Shown: piece by piece, positions 25,153-37,800 of the stretch | Position numbering within the stretch: position 1 is the stretch's first letter | Layout of the letters: each line of letters opens with the position of its first letter | Source of the DNA: Euglena gracilis | Lineage: Eukaryota | DNA length: 64,000 nucleotides | Reading direction: 5' to 3' | Assembly (NCBI GenBank): GCA_039621445.1 | Contig: CP154954.1 | Span: 24,998,954 to 25,062,953, forward strand | The notes under the pieces: model-generated | What the model saw: the letters and a program-made list of their open reading frames with translations, nothing else | Told to the model about the DNA's origin: nothing | Database searches by the model: none | Program-made: the position numbers and the translations under genes

Positions 25153-26550
25153 ATGAGCCGGGTTATGCGTATGAGCGCAAACCCGGCACCAGACCACCTC
25201 ACCCAGGCATTGTGGGACGACCACTGCCGTAAAATTTTGACCATCGCGAATACCCCTCCGGCCCTGTGGTGTATGTGCGCCCAGGCGACGATCACCGGTC
25301 TGGTGTATTACACCGACGCGGGCGCGTCGGGATTCGCAGCGGACATTACCATGCGTGACCTGGGCGTGGAAGTCCCACCACAGGTCGCACGGCAGGTACC
25401 ACCAGTTGGCACTTACACTGCACATTTTCGTGCTCACTCCCCCGGATTACCCGAGGAAGAGACCGTGGAAGCACCTGTCCCGAGTGAACATCCACGTGTG
25501 AAAAAAAGTATTTTTCGATCCCATGAGCGCATGCCCCGGCGTTATTATCCTGCGCAGGAGCATGTGTCTCAGTACACCGTCTCTGGGGATTACCCCCAGG
25601 AGGCGCCAATGCCACGGGATCAGTACGTGTATCCACCTCAACCCCACCCAACCATTCCTGACCATATCCCACGACGTCCTGCGGAGGGAAACCCTCCCCC
25701 GACGTCTGACTCTGCCCGAAGCGCTCGTCCGCGCGAAGCTGCGGCAGCGCCTCGTGCGGCGCCAGTCCCTCCGGTACAGGATGAACCCGTTAACCCGTGG
25801 GCTGGGCGGCCGTTCGAGACTTAGGAGGAGCGTCAACAGTATGAATATGCTGTGACAATCCAACGACAAATAGCACGTCGTCCCCCTGTTTTCGCCGGCC
25901 GGGGATACCCTGCCCAGGCGGAAATGACACGAGAAGAGCGCCAGCAGTATGATGCTGCTGTGTCGGCTCTCACAGGAGTCCCAGCTCCATCACGATCAAG
26001 TCAACCAGCGCGACAGCAGGACGTTGCTGTGGCGGAAGCGCCTCCAGCACGGCCCACAAGCTCCGCCGCCGGCAAGCGTGACCGCGGCCCGGAACATCTG
26101 ACGCCGCAGCCACAGCGCCGCTCGCCGAGGTCGGAAAATCCGCCCGCGGCGATGCACGTCGACGCTGAGGAGAAAGCTCCGCCAGCGCCAGACGTGACGG
26201 CAGAACGGGCACGTCGGGAAACCAGACCATCCCCAATCGCACCGGTTTACTCGAATCGTCGTGACGCTGAGCAGGAATTTGCTCGAACGCCAAGCATGGA
26301 ATCCGTGACTTACCCTGTGTTTACACCAGAAGACCCAGAATTCTGGGAATACATTAACCTGGATTACCGGGCGACATTCGAATGGCTGTCTAACACGATG
26401 GGTAAGGGTAAAGGCAAGGGCAAGGGTAAAGGAAAAGGAAAAAGTCAGGAGAAAGGTGGGAAAGCCCCACCTGGCAAAGGCGGAAAAGCCGCCTGGTCAG
26501 CTCCAGGCAAAGGCGGAAAATCTGCCGGACCCCAGCAGGCAAGGGCGTAA
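25153..26550 (+). CDS. Accessory ORF A of the chromovirus (Pro/Ala-rich, GK-repeat C-terminus; one in-frame stop at 25822)
   Basis: ORFs 25153..25824 and 25852..26550 are in the same frame, with an EERQQY motif on both sides of their junction and a GKGKGKGKGKGK tail. Confidence 0.55.
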
Positions 26551-26594
26551 AAGCCGCCGAACCTTCGAAAACGAAGGATTATGACGCTGCCTCA

Positions 26595-27677
26595 GTGTTC
26601 AAGTACCTGGAGGAGATCTGGCCGAAAATCGACGAAGATCTCCAAAAGTTCACAGGGGCAGGCAACGTGATCCACCGACCACCGGATGCGGTGCTCGAAG
26701 TGGTGCAGAATCGTATGAACGATCACTGCAAACGTTATTTCTACAGTGCTGAACTTCATGCGTTTGAGGGATACCCTCATTCGACTGAAGTTGTCCTGGA
26801 CCGGATGCCCGGTTTCTGGGAGCTCTGGTTCTGGTTGGGATACCCCTGCCAGAATTTCGGCATTTTTACCGACCGAAACGGTCTGACGTACATCGATTGT
26901 ATGAGTACTTGTGAAAACGGCGAAACGTTCGTCGCACAGCTGAAGGAAATCTTCACGCACATGTATTCCGTTGGAGCACTGGGAATCCAGTGGAAGTATT
27001 ACCCCCTGCCGGAGAAACTCCAGGCGCAGGCCGCGGTAATGTTCACGTGCAACCTCCAGGTATTCTTGGACACCATGTATGACATGCTGTTCAAGGTACT
27101 CGACGTGGACCTCGCGTACCCCCAGCGGTTCAAACTGGAATGCCAGTTTTGCAAGGAAGTTCACATTGTTGACTTCTGGAGTTTCGGAGAACGCGGAAAA
27201 CCGCATCCGACTGCCGAAAGTCCCGGCAGCCAGCCGACCAGGAGATTCCTCCTGCATCAGTGCCGGAATCCCAATATCGGAACGCAAGACCGGAAGATGC
27301 TGAAACAGCACCGGCAGAAAATATTTCTGCTGCAGCAGTACTGGGACAGGGCGTGGATTACCTACGTCCTGGAGGTCTACATATATTTCCTGGAGTACCT
27401 GACCACCGATGTGGATGTACACAGAATGTGGTTACCTCGGGGATACACCGAGGTGGCGCCCAGACCCAATGACCCTGACCAGCGCAGGATGAACCTGCGA
27501 CCGGACTGGGAAGAGGCCGAAATCGGCCTCCAGGAACACCTGTATACCCAGTTCGGGAATATCCTGATGTGGGAAGATTTCCAGATGCTTTTTCGCGGCA
27601 CACGAGGGAAAAGTACCTCGTTATGCGTTGCCGCTGCCCGCTTTCCTGGAGGAAACAGGAGAATTCGGCGTGACTGA
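26595..27677 (+). CDS. Accessory ORF B of the chromovirus, unknown globular protein
   Basis: 360-aa protein-like ORF, aromatic-rich, containing CQFC..H..HQC. Probably frameshifted near its end. Confidence 0.6.
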   Translation: MFKYLEEIWPKIDEDLQKFTGAGNVIHRPPDAVLEVVQNRMNDHCKRYFYSAELHAFEGYPHSTEVVLDRMPGFWELWFWLGYPCQNFGIFTDRNGLTYIDCMSTCENGETFVAQLKEIFTHMYSVGALGIQWKYYPLPEKLQAQAAVMFTCNLQVFLDTMYDMLFKVLDVDLAYPQRFKLECQFCKEVHIVDFWSFGERGKPHPTAESPGSQPTRRFLLHQCRNPNIGTQDRKMLKQHRQKIFLLQQYWDRAWITYVLEVYIYFLEYLTTDVDVHRMWLPRGYTEVAPRPNDPDQRRMNLRPDWEEAEIGLQEHLYTQFGNILMWEDFQMLFRGTRGKSTSLCVAAARFPGGNRRIRRD

Positions 27678-27927
27678 GAATTGTCGACAGCAGTGGGAAG
27701 ACCTCTGCCGGATCGACGACGACGAGCCACAACCTCCACCCGGAAGCTGGGTGAGAGCGTCGTGGCCGCCCCCATAGCCCAACTCTGACAGAAGTGAAAG
27801 TATAAGCTTTTACCGCCTGACAGATGCACAAGGGTGCTACAGAAGCGGAAAAGACCCGCGTACTGCAGCACAACTACACACAGAGGACTCCCCTCCGGAA
27901 GCGGAGGAGGACGAAGAAGAGGTCCCC

Positions 27928-30341
27928 ATGGCCGAGGATGAACCTCAGCCAGCGGAACCTCCGGCACGGGAAACCCGTAGCCCATCGGTCGTGATGCTGG
28001 ACACTGTGGCGGAAACTGCCCAGCGCCCAGGATCGCCGACAGGCGAAATGACACCCGTCCCACCGTCACAATCGTCACTGGGTACGCCGGGCGGACCGAC
28101 CCCTCCGCAGGAAAACCCGCCGGAGACGGTACCCCACACGCCTGAAGGTATTACGTCTCAAGCTACCTGTTTCCGGGGAAACCCTGTTGGCAGAGGAGCC
28201 AGCGGAGGAGCCCACTTCAGGTGAAGAACCTGAACGGCGCACCTCGCTGGGCGGACGCGTACTCGGTGGCTTGCGGTCCCTGATCGCAGTTGTCACTCCA
28301 CGTGGCAATGCGGCCAGTTCTTCCACGGCTGCGGCGGAAACTGCCCAACTGGCGGAAGACATACCTGACACAACAGCCATGGTGGAGGATGAACCTCCCC
28401 CTGCAGCGGCGCCACCGCCGGTGTCGGAGGCGACACGGACGGAAGGCGAACAGACAGCTATGGCAGTGGAAACGACACCAGCCGTGCCAGTACAGGATGA
28501 ACCTGTATCAGCACCGGTAGCGCCAGCCGAGGTACGGGATGAACCCACACCTCAGCGCATTTCCACCGCCACTGCACCAAAGCATTCAGGCACACGGACA
28601 ACCGCGCCTGAAAAACAGGCCGAGCGGACGTCCATGCCCCCACCACAGGCTCAACCAGCGCGAAGTGCGCCGGCCAAGCCTACACCCTCACCATCCCCCA
28701 CGGCTGCCCCTGGGAAACCCACGGAAGCTGCGAAGGAACGCGTAGGACGACCTTCAGCTCAGGAAACCCCTGCTGAAGGTCAACGACGCTCGGCGTCGGG
28801 GAGAAGACCCCGGTCCCAGGCGTCACCACGCACCTGGGCAAGCAAGCGCTACGCCGAACGGCGGCCCTCGGATGCTCCGGAAACCGGAAGTCCGAAGGCC
28901 CCAGCGAAAGCAAAGCCAGGCGCCGCGCCCCTTGTAAGCCCACACCGAAATCCGGTGATCAGCCACCACCGAAAGGCGGTGGTGGTGCTGGCGGTCAGAG
29001 TGCTGTGTCCTCTTCTCGGGGATCGACCTCGGGACAAGGATTCACGCACGTCACATCATCCGGCTATGGGAAAACCTCACAGCCGAAACCTACGTCAAAG
29101 GGGCAGGGAAAATCCCGCGCCTCGACAGCCGAGACACCTTCGGAAGACGAAGTTATCCTCCACTGGAACGCGGTCAATCAGGATGATCCTGAGATTCATG
29201 ACCTGAAAAACAGGTACATGATGATCGACCACAAACTGAGGACACAGCAATGCCTCAACCGGTGGATTGAGCCACTGTTCTGTCAGGGCCGAAAATGGTC
29301 CTTTGATCAGAACGTGACCTGGAATTATTATAATTCCAGATCCCCTCGTGTTTTGGCCCAATACTTCGGTGAGGAATTCGTTATCGACAAAACAACGGAA
29401 AACCGTTTTGTGTGGCTTTGCACTGTATGCTACAAGATGTATAACAGTGCACCTGACTTGGGATTACCCCTTGTCCATGTGTGCAACCCTGTGGATCGGA
29501 AATCGTTCCACAAGGATGTATACATCCCCAACTGTGCCGCCTTGGTATGCGCCAAGTGCGTGGACAGTTGGACCCACAGCACAATTTTAACTACACCGAG
29601 CGAGACGATACGAATGTACCGATACTCTGCGTCAATTGCCTTCGAGGTACCTTCTGGCAAACTGCGGAAGGCGCAGTTCGCACAATCGTGCCAAGTGTCC
29701 AGAAGCCACTGGAGGAATACTCCACCTTGCACAAAAAGTACAAGGACTTTTTCAAGTACTCCAACCTCAAGCTTGACGACTACCGCCACACGGGAATGGC
29801 CCGTGGGTGGCAGATCGACAGTGGGGCGATACGCCTCGCTGCTGAGGAAGCAGGGGTAAGATTACTTTACCTCTGGGAGACAGCAGACAGGGAAAAGATA
29901 CTTTTTCGCCTGTTCCAGACCCAGGACCGAAACGGTCGCTGGTGTCTGCCACAATGGACATCCGAAAACCACGGGATGACCTGGAAAGACCGGCTTGGGG
30001 CCGTATTACGACCCCATACAGTCCGCGCGGAATGCGCATATCACATGCCAATTGACTTCCACCCGGGGAATGCCCCGCAGGTGTCAGCCAATCACCCACG
30101 GACGAACTACTTCATCTTGCCAGCCACTCTGCCCAGGAAATTCTGGGAGAAGCTGCAGTGGTTCCTCGGGGAAAGAGCGAGTGTAACCAAGCACACAGTG
30201 CCAGAAGGATGGGTTCGGGACTGGGTGGCACCTGACTTCGAATACGAATCGCCAGAAACCTGGCTCGTAGATAGGCCACCACCACCACAATTTCAGATGG
30301 TCCTTGCGGAAGATCCCTTGGACTCCCGCCATGATTATTAG
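27928..30341 (+). pseudogene. Accessory ORF C (disordered N-terminus, Cys-rich zinc-finger-like C-terminal domain), frameshifted
   Basis: Overlapping frames 28187..29206, 29005..29859 and 29481..30341 with CTVC..HVC..C...CAKC..CVNC. The C-terminus is conserved in the second copy at 45510-46441. Confidence 0.6.
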
Positions 30342-31250
30342 CGGCTGGAACGGATGTAATGCCCAAACAGCATTACCAGGCTCATGTAAGGTAAGTGCCG
30401 GCATGGAGCCTGGACACCCATATACTATATATATACACACTGGTAGCGGAAACCGCTAAACAGCCCTGGGATGAACCTGGGTCTGTGTCACCCTACGCTC
30501 TGGATGGAAGCATCCAAGAGCCCCCCCCCCCCCGCCACCACCCCTCTATCAATGGCCATGCGGACGGAAACTGTCTGCAAGAGGTAAGCGCCTCTTATTG
30601 CGTCGTGAAGGAGCTACTGTTGTGAAGACCTTGGCAGCCGGGAAACCTTGCAAGCCGCTAAGTGACACACAGCACACAGCGCACACGCCGTAATAATAGG
30701 CCAACTTGTCACTTTTCGGCCCTAAGGCCCCTTAAGGCTGCCAGACAGCAAAAATTCTGTTCTGGCCTAAGCCAGCCCCCCTCTCCTCCCTACTTTCCCC
30801 CCACCCCCGCAAAGCTGCCGCCGGCAGTCGGTTTTGTAGGTAGGATTTTGTTTCCTAGTGCGGATATGACCGCCTAGGATCCCTATCCGGGTATAACCAG
30901 GATAGGAGCCTGCCCCCCCCCCCTTCCACACCTCTCCCCTGGGGTTTTCAGCGAATCGCTTGACCAACCCCGCGTGCCTTTGGCACACCCAAAGTGGGTG
31001 GACGGGACACGTTGTCAGGAAACCTGCCAAGCCCCGTTTCCCACACTGGGCTTTTTCACACCCCACCTAAGCCGAAACGGCTAATAGGTAACCGCGAAAC
31101 GCGGCTAACCTTTTGCGCGTTTTTTGGGCTTTGGGTGGATGCCACTGTCAGAGGCACCGAATGGAGAAGTGAACCCCACCTGGGGCAGCGTCAGATATCC
31201 TGAATGGACCTAGGAATCCCTGGTCCATGAAGGAAATCGGGCGTAGCCCT

Positions 31251-31260
31251 GGGAGGGGGA
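31251..31260 (+). promoter_or_regulatory. Polypurine tract
   Basis: GGGAGGGGGA directly before the 3' LTR. Confidence 0.85.
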
Positions 31261-31686
31261 TGTGTACCAGGCACGTTCCAGCTCTGTAGGATATCTTCAG
31301 AGTGGGTTCTGTGACGGTCGCACTACTGTGGAAATCCACAGCTGGTAAGATCGTGGCAGACCCTTCTGGGATCTGCCCCTGGACACGTCAGCACTTTTCT
31401 CTCCTTCCCGCACAGGTGGTATTCTTCACTGTCTCCACTTCCGAGTTTGACCTTTGGTTTTGTTTGAGGGAAACACCCTCGGAACAGTCGGACTTGACCT
31501 CAGAAGAAACTTCTGAGTCTTTGCTTTGTGCTTTGCTTCTTGGGGAATTGGGAAGAAAAGGGGAAAACCACTTTTCGTTACTCCAAAGACTTTTCCCAAC
31601 CATAAGTAGGCTGCGCACCAAGGCGAAAGCGAAAGGCTTTTACAGAAAGTCCCAAAAATGGGAAAAGGGAAAGCTTTGGACGTACA
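31261..31686 (+). repeat. 3' LTR of the chromovirus
   Basis: Direct repeat of 7526-7951. Confidence 0.93.
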
Positions 31687-31689
31687 CTC

Positions 31690-32500
31690 TTCTTCCACTT
31701 GCAAACCAGCATTTTTCCACCATAAAACCGCAGCTCGTCTGGTGCTGTGGGGTTTCCAGTGGGTCGTGTCTACCCCCCCTCTTGCAGAATTTCTTTCACT
31801 CTTTCTGAATTTCAAAGGTCTTTTGCCATCCAAAGACCATAACAAATTATTTTTGTGCCCAACCTTGTGGGCTGTCCTTTCCACATACTCTTTCATTAAA
31901 TGCCACAGGCTTATGAGGGGTGTGTGTGGCAAATTCAAAACTTCCACCCATCTTGGGATTTGCCACCCTTTCCTTTGCAATAAAATGAAAACTTTTTCAC
32001 CCACGAAACTGATTTTTCGGTGTTTCCTGGCTAGATCAACTCGCCTGTGGAGGGCCAAAAGCCTCCAACAGATGATGAGTCTGTTTCTCAGCTCTTTCAC
32101 AGAGAGTTCTGAGAGGGGTTTCGATTGTCTGATCATGTTGTCTAGCAAATCAGTGGGGTCCCAGAAAAGGGCATACTTGCAGACATTGGAATTCCACTTT
32201 CTTTTCAATGGAGACAAAAGAGGGGAAAACCTCAATGACCCAAACCCTGGGAGTAACAATGCTGCTGCATATGCATTCGTGCAGTGTTGAGGCTGTTAGA
32301 AGCCAGATCAAGGATCGCCTCAGCCATCCTGTGGACTGTGCAATCCTGCAGGGCACCCCTTTGTTCAACAATTGGCCCACCAAATCCATGAAGGCTGAGT
32401 CATATCTTTTGACATTTCCGAGATTTTTTATGTAAGTGTCGATACTGGACATCAAAAATTCCTGGGATTGTAATATTTGCCTGACACAATCAAGCAGGCC
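31690..32500 (-). pseudogene. DIRS family 2 tyrosine recombinase (main part)
   Basis: KYALFWDP, LALHRRVDLA and WKPHSTRRAA motifs. Confidence 0.85.
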
Positions 32501-32509
32501 AAATTCCAC

Positions 32510-32941
32510 CTTGGGGGGGCATCTCCTCCCCCCAGCAGTTGGTGAACAGACCCCATTGGGGGGGGGTACCAACAAAACTTTGCTGCCTGGCTGCCTGATT
32601 GACATTAATTGGCGCCACCATGATGTTGAAGCCCAGTGGGGTACGATCAACAGACATTTCAGGTCTGGGTTTAGCATCAATCTCTGAACCCACTGGGGAA
32701 TGATGCTCCAGGGGGGGTTTGCATAAACTTGGGGGAGGCCCCTCAAATCTGCCCTTAAGGCATCCACCAGCAAAGCCCCTTGGTGGGGGTATCGACAAAC
32801 AAACTTGGGGAATTTTTTGTTGCTGGGTGCGAAAAACATGTCCACCTCTGGGGACATTTTCATTCTGAAAAATTGAAGAATTTGGTGAAAGATGTTCGGG
32901 TTTAGGGTATAATCCCCTGGGTCCTTTTGCTCTCTGGTCAA
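32510..32941 (-). pseudogene. DIRS family 2 Dam-like MT domain
   Basis: VDMFFA..N.K..KFV.RYP..DAL..VYANPPW..VPHW..SWW. Confidence 0.85.
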
Positions 32942-34350
32942 GGAGTCTGCCAGTTGTGGGAACCCAAACCACCTGCAAATTGATTTGCTTTTCTTGGCAG
33001 TGATACAGCAGGGGTTTTAAGATGGAATTTAGGTATGGCTTTTTGCCTCCCCAGTTTGTTAAATAACTTACAGCCACCTGGCTGTCAACATGAAGCACAA
33101 TTGTTTGCTTTGGTTTGGCTAGTGCTTTTACAGTTTCCACTGCAGCTTGTAATTCTTTTTGATTGATATGAAGGACATGCGGGTCCCTCCAAAAATCCTG
33201 CACCTTTTGGCCTGAAGCTTTGTCCAGCCCCCCCCCCCCACTGCCATTGTTGTCCTGTCTGAAAAGAGATTCTGAGAGGCCTGGGATTGAAATGCCCTGC
33301 CAACACCTGGCTGTAAAAAAGCCTTTAATTCCACAATTTTCTCCTTGACCCCCTGGGGAATGGTTAGGGTGTGGTCCCAACCCCACTTTGTGTGCAGGTC
33401 CACCATTTGCAAAGTTGATCTGTCAGAATTCTGAGAAAAGGCATTGAGACTAAATAGCTTCTGACCTGACCCACAATCGAACTGAGTTTCCTGCAGCTCA
33501 TTTTTTGTGCTGTGAGCACCTTGCCTAGCTCCTTTCTGAGGGACTTTTTTAGCTTTTCTTGAGGAATTTCTAATTTGCCTTTTTTTTAGATTGATCCACT
33601 GGCCCAAATGCTTTATTTTCTGTGTTGGTTCCAGACAGGATTTGGGGAGGTTTAATCTGAAACCTGCCAGTAAAAGGTGTCGTTTTATTTCTGACAAATG
33701 TTGGGCTGCTGTCTGTTTTCTGGGGGCTAACAGCAAAATGTCGTCCAGGTAGATGAAAACCACCTTTCCCTCCTTTCTCCATTTTCTTTCCCAGACTCTC
33801 ATGAGAGTCATAAACTTTTGTGGCAGGCTGCTGATGCCAAAGCATGCAGCCTGAAACTGCCACGTTTCCCACCCACTTGCATGCAAACATGTTTTTCCAG
33901 GCTGCTGGGCAGCTTTAGGTGAAAATAAGCATCTTTCAGATCGATTTTCCCACAGAACCAACCCTTTTTTAAAATATGGGAAAATGTTTCCCATGTGTTC
34001 CAGTCTGAACTTCTGGGGGGTGAAGTGGAGATTTAACTGTCGACAATCTCAGATTAATCTTTCTTTTGTATTTTCCCCCTCTTTTTTGGTGATGAAATAA
34101 GGGACAAAATGTTTTGCCTCCTCTGGGGAGATTTGCCTGGTTGCCCCTGCACATTCGTATTCCCTCAGAATTTTCTGGGCAGTCATTATTCCTTGGGGAG
34201 TTTTGAAGGGAACTTTTAAGGACATCTGAGGGGGGAGGGGAAGATCTGCCCTGACCCCTTCCCTTATCAGGTTTAATACCTCTGTGCTGGCACCTGCCTT
34301 GACCAAATGAGGAATGCTGGCCTGTAGGGCCTTGTAGGGCGGCACCCCTG
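32942..34350 (-). pseudogene. DIRS family 2 RT / RNase H
   Basis: FQAACFG, IYLDDILLL, HINQKELQA and VDSQV in shifted frames. Confidence 0.9.
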
Positions 34351-34803
34351 GGTGTAATGTGTCTGGGGATTCCACAGGCCCCATCACTGGGGTCCTTCCC
34401 CCTGGCTGCCCCATCACTGGGGCCCCCTCTGGCTGCCCCATCACTGGGGCTGCAGTTGGCCCTGCCATAGGGCTTCCCAAAGACATGCTTTCCTCCTGTT
34501 TTTGAATAATGGGGGAAGGTCTGTGTCTGTTGTGCGGTGGTACATATAATGCTGGGCTGAATATCTTCTGGGGGGGGCCTGCCTGAGCCAATCTTAGGCC
34601 TCCCCCCCCCCAAGAGCTGATGTGTTGTGGATGGTCTGGATGGTATTGGCCACCATTTGCCTTCAGGGCCCTTTTGGCCTCCAGTGGCACTCTGGCCTGC
34701 TTGGCATCCATTGGCCTTTTCTCCAGGACTTCTCTGTCCTTCTGGATTCCCCATATAGGCCATCATGGCCTGTTTTGGGCATTGTCTTGCTGCTCGTGTG
34801 CGG

Positions 34804-37800
34804 TGTCGGCTGCCGCTGGCGGCGGCAGCCAAAAATTTCGCAAAAATGTCCAAGAAACTCCCGGTAGGAACCACCAAAGCAAGTCAACCACCACGCGAGT
34901 TGAATTGGAACCCCAGCAAAAAATCAAGAAGAATTTGAGAATTCGATTTGAGAATCAGAAGAGAAGAAAAGTTAATTGGAGACTTGAAGAGCAAAAAGAT
35001 CAATTCAAATATCAAAGAAAGCCAAGGCATTCATTTCCACATTATTGTCCCACTCAACACCTGAACTCAAAGGTACTTGCCCACCCTTTCAGTCCCAGGT
35101 TTGTTGTGCTCTGCTGTTTGATCCTAAGTAGGTGGGTTGGTTTTGTCTTTGCTCACCTTTTGATCCAAACGTTTGAAAAGGCAAAACAGTGGAGGCTAAA
35201 AACGATCCTACGCGGGGAGACAGGGGGACCTGGGTCGGAGGGGCACACCTCACCCCCGTCACAGTCTGTTGATTTACTGGAAAACGGGGCCTACTTTCAG
35301 AAAGGCCCTGGCCTGAGCCCACCAGGGCCGCAAAAGGGAAGTGGCCCCGGCGAAAGCGGCAGCCCCCCCGGGCGGCGAGGAGGGTCCTCCAATCCCCCCA
35401 ACGTGGTACGCAGAGGTGGCTTTACTGACTCTGTCAGTGAAGAAAATTTTGATTCTGTTGATGACAAATCAGTAACCCCCAACATGGTTAGCAGAATCTG
35501 TTTCAATCTTGAAGGCGGTTCTTCAACTCTGAATGGTGAAACGGAAACAGATGACCATCCTGTTCTTTTTGAGGATTCTGACAGTGAAAATTTTGAGGAG
35601 GGATTCAACCAGCATGAGCTCAGTCATCTTGAGGGACTTCCTCTGACTGTTTGGCGTCAGAGGATTGAATTACGAGTTGCGCAAATTGACAAAACTGTCC
35701 GAGGTTGGTGTTTTGACCTTGACACCCGTTTTGACAAAAATTCCGTGTCCCTGTTTGGGAGAGACAAGGCTCTGACAAAACAGGTGGTTGACGTGCAATG
35801 TTTATTAAGTGTGGCAAAAGAAGAAATAGGACGATTGGCGGAACAAATAAAAACGTTGGAACTGCAAATCGCTGAAAAGCTGCAGCCCAGTGAAACAAAG
35901 TTGCCAAGTCCAGAAAATTTTGTGTCTGTGAATCTAAATTCTGACATGTCACGAATTTGCAAACATCATCAGTGTCTTCTGAAAAATCTTCCTCAGATTT
36001 TGCTGCACAGCCAAGAAAATTTCGACAGACGAAAAAATCCTGGAGGCCTGCCAAAAACAGCTGGAACAAATTTCAGTTTTTCAGACCAAGTTGGTTTCAC
36101 GATTGGTGGGGTTGGGACTGGTTTGCAAATCCCTGGAACAGCTGGGGGTGGTTTCCACCGCATCAATGGTGGTGGTGAGTTTTATTTCAGCAGGTCTAAC
36201 CACTGACTGACACAGCACAGCACTTTACAGTGTCGAGTAAATTTCAGTGATTTGTTTTGTGATTTTTGTTTTGTACTTCCTTTGTGTGATCTGGTCGGAG
36301 GCAGATGAAAAGTCAGCCAGAAGTTTTAAATCTGGATTTTCAGTTTTCAGAGTTTGGCTTATGAAAAACAGCCAAGTCAAACATTTTTGAATCTGGTTTC
36401 AGGGGTGCAAATTTTTCCCCAGTTGCTTTCCACTTAAATGGAGACGCCCAGCCACGATGCTTGGTATTTTTCTCCTAGTGTTCAGGCAGCCAGATCATAA
36501 ATTTCAGTTTCAGAGTTCTCAGTTTTCGGTTGTCCCGAATGTCATTTTGGGGGGGGGGCACGTTGGCATGTGTCACCATCCCCGACGGGGACAAGTTAGA
36601 CATCTCAGGTTGGATTTTTGTTTGTTTTTTTTCTGGTCCCTTTTGTCACGGGACAGTTTTTCCAGTGAGAAACTTCACCCCCGGACAGGGACACATGTTG
36701 GAGAATCGGCACAGCTTTTGAGATTTTTCAGTCCAGTTTCATTGTGGTTTTCGAGAGTGGCAGCCCAGCAGCCCTGTGGAGGTTTTATCTGGGATTTTTC
36801 CAAATCCTGGGGTCGGGTGGAGACCTCTGATTGACCACTCGAACGAAAAAAGTTTTTGGGAAAGCGCGCAAAGATGGGTTAGAAGGGTGGGGCTAGACCC
36901 AGGCCAGGAATAAACACCCCTGTGGCCACCCATCTAAGAGCTCAGGAAAGGTTTCAATTTTCAGTCCAAGTGGGAACCAAGGTGGATAAACCCAGGAGGA
37001 AAAGACACCCCTGAGGAAGTTCATTTTTGGGCGCATCAGTGGCATCATCATCATTTGGTTCAGTTTTCAGTTAAAAATCTGTTGCTCTGTGGTTTGCACT
37101 TTCTGCGGCATTTTTTCGGCTGTGGAGTTTGCTTAAGGGAGAAAAACTCAGAAGTGGGGGACGCCTCACAATGCAAAACTCTTAAGAGCAATTTTTGCAG
37201 TTTGAAATTTGTTGCAGCAGTTCTGGTGTGACCGATTTGATGGATCAAGATACAGATTTTTTAGTGCCGTTTTGGTTCAGAGTTCAGTGGCATTTTCAGG
37301 TTCGGTGCAGTGAGAAAATTCAGAAATATACCTTCTGTGTTGCCAGTGGTGAATTTTGTGCGTGTGTGTGTGCTTTGTCACGCAGGTTCAAGCAATCAAT
37401 CAAACAGAAGCACCGAAGAGAATCAACGCGAAAGAATCTGAGATTTTCAAGGTTGATTTGTTCAACAAGTTCAAGTTTGTTGACTGGGACAATGATGATT
37501 GCATTGACATTGAATGACATTGAAATCTAAAGCGGACAAGTCATCAAGGAATTTGATTGAATTTATTGAATTCAAAACGTGCAAGAGTTTGCAAAGAATC
37601 AACTTCAAGGACTGGGATGAACATTTCAATGAGATGGAGAAAAGAACAATGACATTTATGAGACCCAAGCAATTGAATCACATGATTACGATTGTCATGA
37701 TCACAATTGTGGATTGTTGTGGAGTTGCAGAATGGTGGGTACATTTATTTTACTCAAGTGCTGTGAAGCGTAATGGCCGACCAAAAGAGCCAGCAGTGGG

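Larger units (their letters stand above)
7526..31686 (+). mobile_element. Ty3/gypsy chromovirus LTR retrotransposon (~16.7 kb without its nested insert), decayed
   Basis: Two 426-bp TG...CA LTRs, PPT, gag with CCHC knuckles, PR-RT-RH-INT-chromodomain order. Confidence 0.93.

Noticed and set aside
30870-31130. Hammerhead or HDV ribozyme in the gypsy 3' UTR or LARD LTRs (retrozyme idea)
   Set aside because: No CUGANGA core is positioned with the GAAAC stems, and I could not assemble an HDV double pseudoknot by eye.
34620-36206. 528-aa ORF
   Set aside because: It runs from antisense DIRS sequence through an entire LTR into a decayed gag-like start, so it is chimeric. Only the part after the PBS may be a real remnant. 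The same applies to 18780..19826.
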